Origin: the human T2T-CHM13v2.0 reference genome, Homo sapiens
Reading direction: 5' to 3' (one strand)
DNA length: 64,000 nt
NCBI RefSeq assembly: GCF_009914755.1
Contig: NC_060926.1
The notes under the pieces were generated by a model. That model searched no databases. It was not told where the DNA came from and was given only the letters and a program-made list of their open reading frames with translations. Below, piece by piece: positions 56,445 to 64,000 of the stretch. The stretch's first letter is position 1, and every line of letters begins with the position of its first letter. Made by a program: the position numbers and the translations under genes.

Positions 56445-58438
56445 TTTTAAAAATTTTAATTGATAATAACTATCTATGTTTATGTTGTACATTGTGATAT
56501 TTTGATAAATGTATACCTTATGGAATGATTAAATCAAACTAATTAACATATTCATTCCCTCATAATATATATATATTTTTTCTCTTAAGAACATTTAAAA
56601 TCTATTCTTTTAGCAATTGAAATGTACAATACATTATTACTAACTACAATCACCATGCTTGAAATAGATCACTAAAATTTATTTCCCCTGTCTAATTGAA
56701 ATTTTGTGCACTTTGATAAACATCTCCCCTCTCATTCTTCCCCTCCAACCTTTGGTAACCACCATTCTATTCGCTGCTTCTATTAGTTTGACTTTTTTAG
56801 ATTCCACATGTACATAAGATCATGCAGTTTTTGTCTTCCTGTGACTGTCTTATTTCACTTGGCATAATGTCCTCCAGATTCATTCATGTTTTCACAAATG
56901 ACAAAATTTCCTTCATTTTTAAAGGCTGAATAATACTCCATTGTATATAAGAACATTTTCTTTATCCATTCATCTGTTGATGGACACTTAGTTTGCTTCC
57001 GTATCTTGGATATTGTGAATAATGCTTCAATGCATATGGGAGTGCAGATAATCTCTGATATATTGATTTCAATTACTTGGGTATATACCCAGAAGGGGGA
57101 CTGCTGAATCTTATGGTGATTCTATTTTTAGTTTGTTGAGGAAGTTCCATACTGTCTTTCATAATGGCTGTACTAATCTATATTCCTGTCAACATTACAA
57201 GGGTTCCCATTTTCCTAAATCCTCACCAATGTGGGTGTTATCCATGCTGTCTTTTGTCTTTTTGATGATAGCCACCTAACAGTTGTGAGGTGATATCTTA
57301 CAGTGGTTTTAATTTGCATTTCCTGATGATTTGAGATGTTGAGCTTTAAAATATATACACATACACACATATATAGGCCCCTTTCCCATTTTAAAATCAG
57401 GTTGTTTGTTTTCTTGCTATTAAGTTGTTTGATTTCCTTATATCTTTTGGATATTAGCCTCTTATCAGATGTTTGTTCTATAAATATTTTTTCCCAGTCC
57501 ATGGGTTGTCTACGAATTCTGCTAATTGTTTTCTTTGCTGTGCAGAAGCTTTTTGATTTAATACAATTCCATTTGTCTATTTTTGCTTTCGTTGCCTGTG
57601 CTTTTGAGTCTTATTCAAAAAAATCATTGTCCAAACCAAAGTCCTGGCACTTTCCCCCATGTTTACTTCTAGTAGTTTTACAGTTTCAGATCTTAATTTT
57701 AAGTCTTTAATCCATTTTGAGTAGGCTTTTGTATATAATGTGAGATAAGTGTTCAGTTTTATTCTTCTGTATGAGGATATATAATTTTCCCAAAACTATT
57801 TATTGAAGACTGTCCTTTCCCCATTTTGTATTCTTAGCACCTTCATTGAAAATCAATTGACTGTAAATATGTGGGTTTATTTCTGGACTCTCTGCCCTGT
57901 TCTACTGGTCGGTGTTTCTGTTTTTAGTCCAGTATCATGCAGTTTTGATTACTATAGCTTTGAAGTATATTTTGACGTCAGGTAATGTGATTTGCCCAGC
58001 TTTGTTCTTCTCGCTCAAGATTGCTTTGGCTATTCTGGGTCTTTTGTGGTTCCATAAAAATTTCACAGTTGTTTTCTATTTCTGTGAAAACTGACATGGG
58101 AATTTTGATAGAGATGGCATTGAATAAATAGCTTTGGGTAGTATGGACATCTTAACAATATTAAGTCTTCCAATCCTTAAACATGGAATAACTTCCCTTT
58201 ATTTGTGTTGTCTTCCATTTCTTTCATCAATGTTAATTTTATATCCTGCAAATTTACTGAATTTGTTTGCCAGTGATAGCAGTTTTTTTGGTGAAGTCTT
58301 TAGGCTTTTCTGTATATAATATCATATCATCAACAAACACAGAAACTTTCACTTCTTTCTTTCCTATTTGGATGCCTTTTATTTATTTTTCTTACCTAAC
58401 TGCCCTGGCTAGGACTTCCAGCAGTATGCAGAATAGAA
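56445..58438 (-). mobile_element. L1 3' about 2 kb (L1MA5-8-like)
   Basis: L1MA 3'UTR (tggaatgattaaatcaaactaattaacata) and C-terminal ORF2 remnants (ORF 57215-57502: [25 protein letters not shown]). Confidence 0.92.
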
Positions 58439-58455
58439 GTTATCTGCTCTATTTT

Positions 58456-58686
58456 TTTTTTTTTTTTTTTTGAGATGGAGCCTCGCTCTGTTGCCCAGGC
58501 TGGAGTGCAGTGGCGTGATCTCAGCTCACGGCAAGCTCCGCCTCCCGGGTTCTCGCCATTCTCCTGCCTCAGCCTCCAAGTAGCTGGGACAACAGGCGCC
58601 CGCCACCACGCCCGGCTAACATTTTTTTTTTTTTTTTTTGGTATTTTTAGTAGAGACGGGGTTTCACCGTGTTAGCCAGGATGGTC
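58456..58686 (-). mobile_element. 5'-truncated AluY-like with expanded middle A-tract
   Basis: Y diagnostics gcaagctccgcc, ggcgcccgccaccacgcccggc and ccgtgttagccaggatggtc; 13-bp TSD tctgctctatttt at 58443-58455 and 58689-58701. Confidence 0.95.
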
Positions 58687-60399
58687 CCTCTGCTCTATTT
58701 TGAAACTCATTTGCCACTCTCCACCCATTCCATAGTTACTCATTTCTGCTCATTTACCCAGCTCTTTCCCTTATCAGAAATTCTACCCTTACCTGTCTGT
58801 TTAATGCTTAGGTAGTCTTCAGAGCACACTTTCAGTTCTTCCTCTTGCATAAAGATTTTCTGGATCCTGAAATGACCTGTCCTTTATTACTTATTTGTTT
58901 CATCAGGCACTTCTCTTTTATTACCTTGCAGTTGTTGGTTATTTTGGTAGGTGTAGATATCTGATCTCCCCGTTTACAGGATGGACTCTGAAGACAAGGG
59001 TCACACCACTGTAGCTGTTGCTGTTGTTGTTACATGGTTAAAACCCTCTGATTCCTAGCTGAGAGCCTAGCCTTCATTGTTTCTACAATGGATATTTGCT
59101 TTTTGATATACATGAAATTTACTCATCATTCTCAGACACATCTATTTCTGATTCTCATTGTTCTATTAAAACGAAAAAAAATTCAGAAAACAATGTCAAA
59201 ATCAGTGCATAAACAAAATGCACCTTGTAAGAGAAATTACTTACCAGTGTGTAATGAAGGTAATGGTTCAGCAGCACTTTAAAAAATTATTCTAATTTCC
59301 TGTTTTAAACTGTGACTCTTTAAGAAAGCATTGGCATCCTCCCTTTTCTGACTCCAATCCCTTTTGCAGCTTCATTGTTCTCTGGCAAAGGTTGCTTGAG
59401 GTTTGTCATCATCTTTCAACTCAACTTTGAGAACCAGAATTTAGACTATGGTTCCCACACCTTGATCAGTTACTAGGTCCAAAGGCTTTTAAGGCTAAGT
59501 CAGGCATAGTAATAGTTTACAAGACTAAATTCCTTGGCAAGGAAAATGACATCTGTAGAAAGACGGGAATTTTTTTAAATCTTTTTTTTTAAATGAGTTA
59601 CTGCAGATGGGGCTGGTGATTTTCCTTGGCATTGAATTTTATGTCACACAAAGCCGTGTGCTCTTCTAAAAACATTGCCACAATTTGTTGACTCTTTGTC
59701 AAAAGTTTTGACAGTTTGTTGGCATATGATATATTCCTGCACCTGCCTGGATGAACTTAAAATTTTGTGTATTTAAAAGAAATATTTATAAATACTTCAG
59801 CATTTAACATGGATTCAAGAGTACTTAGGGATTATTTAGAGCACCTAAATTTTGAAATCCAATCCTAGGTCTTTTGGGGGGTGGTTAACTTAGTGGCAGT
59901 CATATTAAGGAATAAGAGGACACTTCCAAATAGCTGAGTGTTTTTTCCCCCGGTGAGTCTTTAGTCCCATCAACTTTTTTTTCATAATAAGCATGTAAGA
60001 TTTTTTGAGTTGCTCACTATTTTTAAATGAGGTGTTTACTTTGTCCTTTAAAAGCAAAGTTTGAGACCTGTTCTATGGATACCCCTTTTAAGAATACTCT
60101 CTCTCATACTGTCCATTTCTTTTTGGCTAGATGAAATGAGTTTTTGTGGTTGTCGTTTTAATCAAGACATAAAATCATTGAACAATCCACAAGGGTTGGC
60201 TCTAACATTTGGGCATCCTGTGATTTTTTTTTCAGAAAGAATAATCCGTAACTTTCCCTTAGCTGGGGATTAAGGACAGTCATGCCAAATGTTGAATAAG
60301 AGTTTCATACATGGACATGTAATTGACTGCAGTGTTGATGCCATCCTACTTCTGGTATTTAAGTAGTTTAAGTATATTAAAACACAACTGTTACTCAGT

Positions 60400-60610
60400 G
60401 TTGTTAGTCTTTTCACTTCATTAATGATAGGATTTCTGAGGGAAAGTGTGGCATAATAAAGTTGGAATGGGTTCCACTTCTTCCTGATGCTTGCTAGCTG
60501 CGTCTCTTTATAAAAGTCACTTGTCCTCTCTGAATCATCAAATACAGATCTCTCAAGAATGGCTATGAGGATCAATTGAAATAATACATGAATCAGTAAT
60601 AAATTGTTAT
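60400..60610 (+). mobile_element. MIR SINE
   Basis: aaagtcacttgtcctctctgaatc..ggctatgaggatcaattgaaataatacatg matches a diverged MIR. Confidence 0.55.
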
Positions 60611-61292
60611 TCTTGTTAGCCAGGAAGAAGGGGCATGTGTAATCTATTGGCCATTTCAGAATGAAGCTGTATAATGCAGCCGTGTGGCAAAAGGAGATCT
60701 GTGAATGAAAATGGGGCAGTTGGAGAAAATGGGTTCAGCTATGAAGAGTAAGTATTCTGCATTGGTCTTCCCATCATTGTCCATCACTCTTTTCCTGCTC
60801 TAATTAAAAGGAAAATTATATCCAAGGAAGAGTGAGTAGATATAGTGGTCCACACATCCCTTTGAGTAACAGCATTTCTGACAGAGTGCTGAAAGCTGTG
60901 GCTGTCTTTAAGACTATTAGGAAGACTGAATTTCCTGAAATTGATCTCCAGAATGATTTTGTGTGGCCGGAAATGTTCATTGAACAGAGACGTGAGAGGA
61001 GACATGAATAAACAAAGTATGCATTTCTATTTTAAAATAGATGTGAAGTTAGGAAGAAGAAATGAGAATTGGCTCTCAGCTAAAGGCTTTGGAGTTGAAG
61101 GAACTGCATTTTGTCTTACTCTGAATTTCATAGACCATGAAACTGAGTTTCTGAGAGAAACTGACTTGTAGGGTGAGTTCGCACCCTCGTTTGTTGAGTT
61201 CCTGTCGCTGCAGCTTAATTTGCCTTCGCACCTTCCTTTCACGCTCACAAGTGTCTGGTTTAGACAATACGTTACACGACCACCAACAGTAG

Positions 61293-61313
61293 CAGCAGCA
61301 GCAGCAGCAGCAG
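61293..61313. repeat. (CAG)7 short trinucleotide repeat
   Basis: cagcagcagcagcagcagcag. Confidence 0.9.
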
Positions 61314-61399
61314 GGCTAAGACTGCTCTCCAGATCCGCTTCTCCCACTACTTTACTGTTGTTTTTTCCTTAAGTGTGCTGTAACTTATTCTGTTTCTCA

Positions 61400-61699
<300 letters not shown>

Positions 61700-63465
61700 T
61701 TAAACTTTAAGAGGAACATGAAAGATATCAGAAACACTAAGAGAGTTAGGGCAAGACATTAATGGGAAGAGATTTTTGGGAAAACTTGGTCAAATAACAT
61801 ACTTGATATTTATTTGGTCAGGAAATAAGTAAGTACCTATGTGTCTTCCATCCTATATGAGAGGTTACCAGTGCATGTTTTATTGCATTCTTTTTATATC
61901 TCTTTTTGTCAAATAAGCAAATAATTATTGATCACTTTATAAATGTAAGGCATTTTGAAATTATTAAAGAAGTGGCAGTGGATGATTCTCTAGGAAACAC
62001 CAACAGCTTTAAGAGTTATAGTCGCCATTTTCTTAACCTATGAGTTTTCATTTAATCTGGGAGAGTCATGTTAAACTAATGGTGAACATCCCCCAACATG
62101 AATTTCACTTGCACTCTTGACAGTTCAAGATGGCTTTGGGATCAGATATCAGTCACCTGAAAGATATTTGGAATATTTGGGTAAGTTGGTGGCTGGGTGG
62201 AGGCAAAGGAAGGAGGAAGGAGAGAATTTCCCAGTACTACTCAAATCACAACATCTAGTTCATTTCCTACATAAGCCCAGACCACGCAGGCAGCACTGCC
62301 TGTGGAAGGAAGAAAGAGCCTTGTGTGCTCACTACACAGGCCTGAGGTGCCATGTGACCTTATCTTTGAGCGGTCAGAAGCACGTCAGAAAGGCTTCCAC
62401 CATGGCTGGTGAATAAGAGCGCTATAAAACCTGAGAACACAAGACCTAATGACTTAATGGTTTTGGCTCTGCCTTGATTTGCAGGGGCCTGTCTTCTTAC
62501 ATAGTCCATGAGCTGTTTCCAACCTGCACTTGATTCCCTTAGTGGGGGGAGAAACAGATGCGCAGTTGGCAAACTGGGAGTCTAATCCAAACATCTAAAC
62601 AGCACTGCTTGGAGGAATTCAGGATGGTGTCCAAGAGTAGGAAAGGAAATGTATTTGAGAACAGGGACTCCTAAAGCTTACTTTTGTCCTCTGCAACCCC
62701 CCCCCCCACCCCCACCCCCTCTTATACTGTCTTTGGCATAGCTTAGTCATTAATAGCAGTCATTAGTGGTGAATGACCTGGAAGAAGCAGAAAGTGGGGG
62801 TGGGTCGTATGTGGTGAAGATTTTTGGCAGCTAATAAGGAGGCTTTCTGAAGTTGCTTCCCCAGTTGGATGGGATGGAAACTTTTATGAGCTTGAGTCAC
62901 ATTCATACAGATAGGGTTTTGTAACTTAGCATTGTGCAAGTTATCTGGAGCTAGAAACCTCTGGGAATTAGATGTCTTTCAATTTCCAGGGTGTAATGTA
63001 TATAAAAGCCTCCTTAGACATGATCTTTCCTCCAAAAAATACCTTTTCCCAAGGATGTCTTGGGAAATTTTATCCCATGTTTACTGAAATGTTTAACTTC
63101 TTATCAGTTGAACCAAGGGTTAGTTTGTATATAAGACACTCAACTGAAAAACCACAGGGCTAGAACTACCCAAGTCCAAAGAGTTTCCCAGGAGGGCAAC
63201 TTCCGGATCCAGACATCAGGCTTCTAAAATCATTTAAAGTTGACATAAAGTGATCCTACTCACAGGTTATAAACAACTTTTTACTTTTAGGCCGTAACAA
63301 TTAGAAACTGTTTATTTTAGTTTTGTAAGTGGATCCATTCAATAGGTTCCACACAGGGCATCTATCCCAATCTCGGCCATCACTCAGACCTCCTTCTTTC
63401 TCCTCTCTGCCCAGCCATATCTCCCAAATTCATCACGACTCCCAACCCCCACCACACACACTCTG

Positions 63466-63663
63466 AAGATGGCCAGATTTACCAAGTGAAAATACAGAAC
63501 ACCTTGTTAAATTTGAATTTCAGGTTAAAAAACCCAAAAATCCTTTCTTTTAGCATTGCTACATTCTATGCAATATTTGAAGCATATTTATACTAAAATA
63601 TTATGTATTGTTTATGTAAAAATTAAATTTAGCTGGACGTCCTATATTTTATCTAGTAATCCT
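63466..63663. mobile_element. MER53 palindromic hAT-type MITE
   Basis: gccagatttacca..aaaatacagaacac..gttaaatttgaatttcag and its mirror aaattaaatttagctggacgtcctatattttatctagtaatcct; centre atgcaatatttg. Confidence 0.88.
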
Positions 63664-64000
63664 GCCCCTGCTCATACCCTTTACAAAGTATCAACATTTA
63701 TAGTATATTTAAGTTGAAACTGCCTTGTAAGATCAGTTGAGATCATTACAGAAAAATGTATGGTAACATAAAAACTCCTAATACTTGGAACACTTGAAAT
63801 TTTTCAAAGTTTTTGTGGGGGGGGGTGTGGGGGTGTTCTTTCTTTATTCCCTAAGATGCATATAGAGAGTCTAGAAGCCAGTAACTATCTTGAATTAAAT
63901 GGGGATCTTTTAAAGTAACTTCTCTGTTCCAGCAATCCTGTAATATGTTTAAATCTCAGCTTGGCATCCATCCATACCCACAAGTAAAAATATTTTTCTT

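Noticed and set aside
63815-63835. G-rich run as a G-quadruplex
   Set aside because: G9 plus G5 provides only three looped G3 tracts.

Overview
This is primate (human-like) non-coding genomic DNA. It is AT-rich, CpG-depleted and dense in interspersed repeats: Alu J/S/Y, L1PA7-like and older L1M/L1MA pieces, L2, L3/CR1, MIR, THE1D, MLT1, LTR33, MER1A/3/20/33/53/58A and Tigger3a. I see no host protein-coding exon, rRNA, tRNA or CRISPR array. The ORF track is explained by decayed L1 ORF1/ORF2, Alu sequence, simple repeats and chance ORFs. Four things the ORF track misses or does not explain stand out. (1) A processed RPL41 retrocopy has an intact 25-codon ORF (54581-54658, minus) but no poly(A) or TSD. 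(2) Two tailless 5' fragments of U2 snRNA lie at 27635-27669 and 56408-56444, both minus. (3) A 3.7-kb L1PA7-like internal fragment lacks both ends. (4) A 49-bp near-perfect direct repeat, 977 bp apart, sits inside ancient L2 sequence. There are also several enhancer-like motif arrangements in repeat-poor stretches. I cannot support a genuinely new biological system here. Repeat names come from remembered consensus sequences, and the boundaries of old repeats are approximate.
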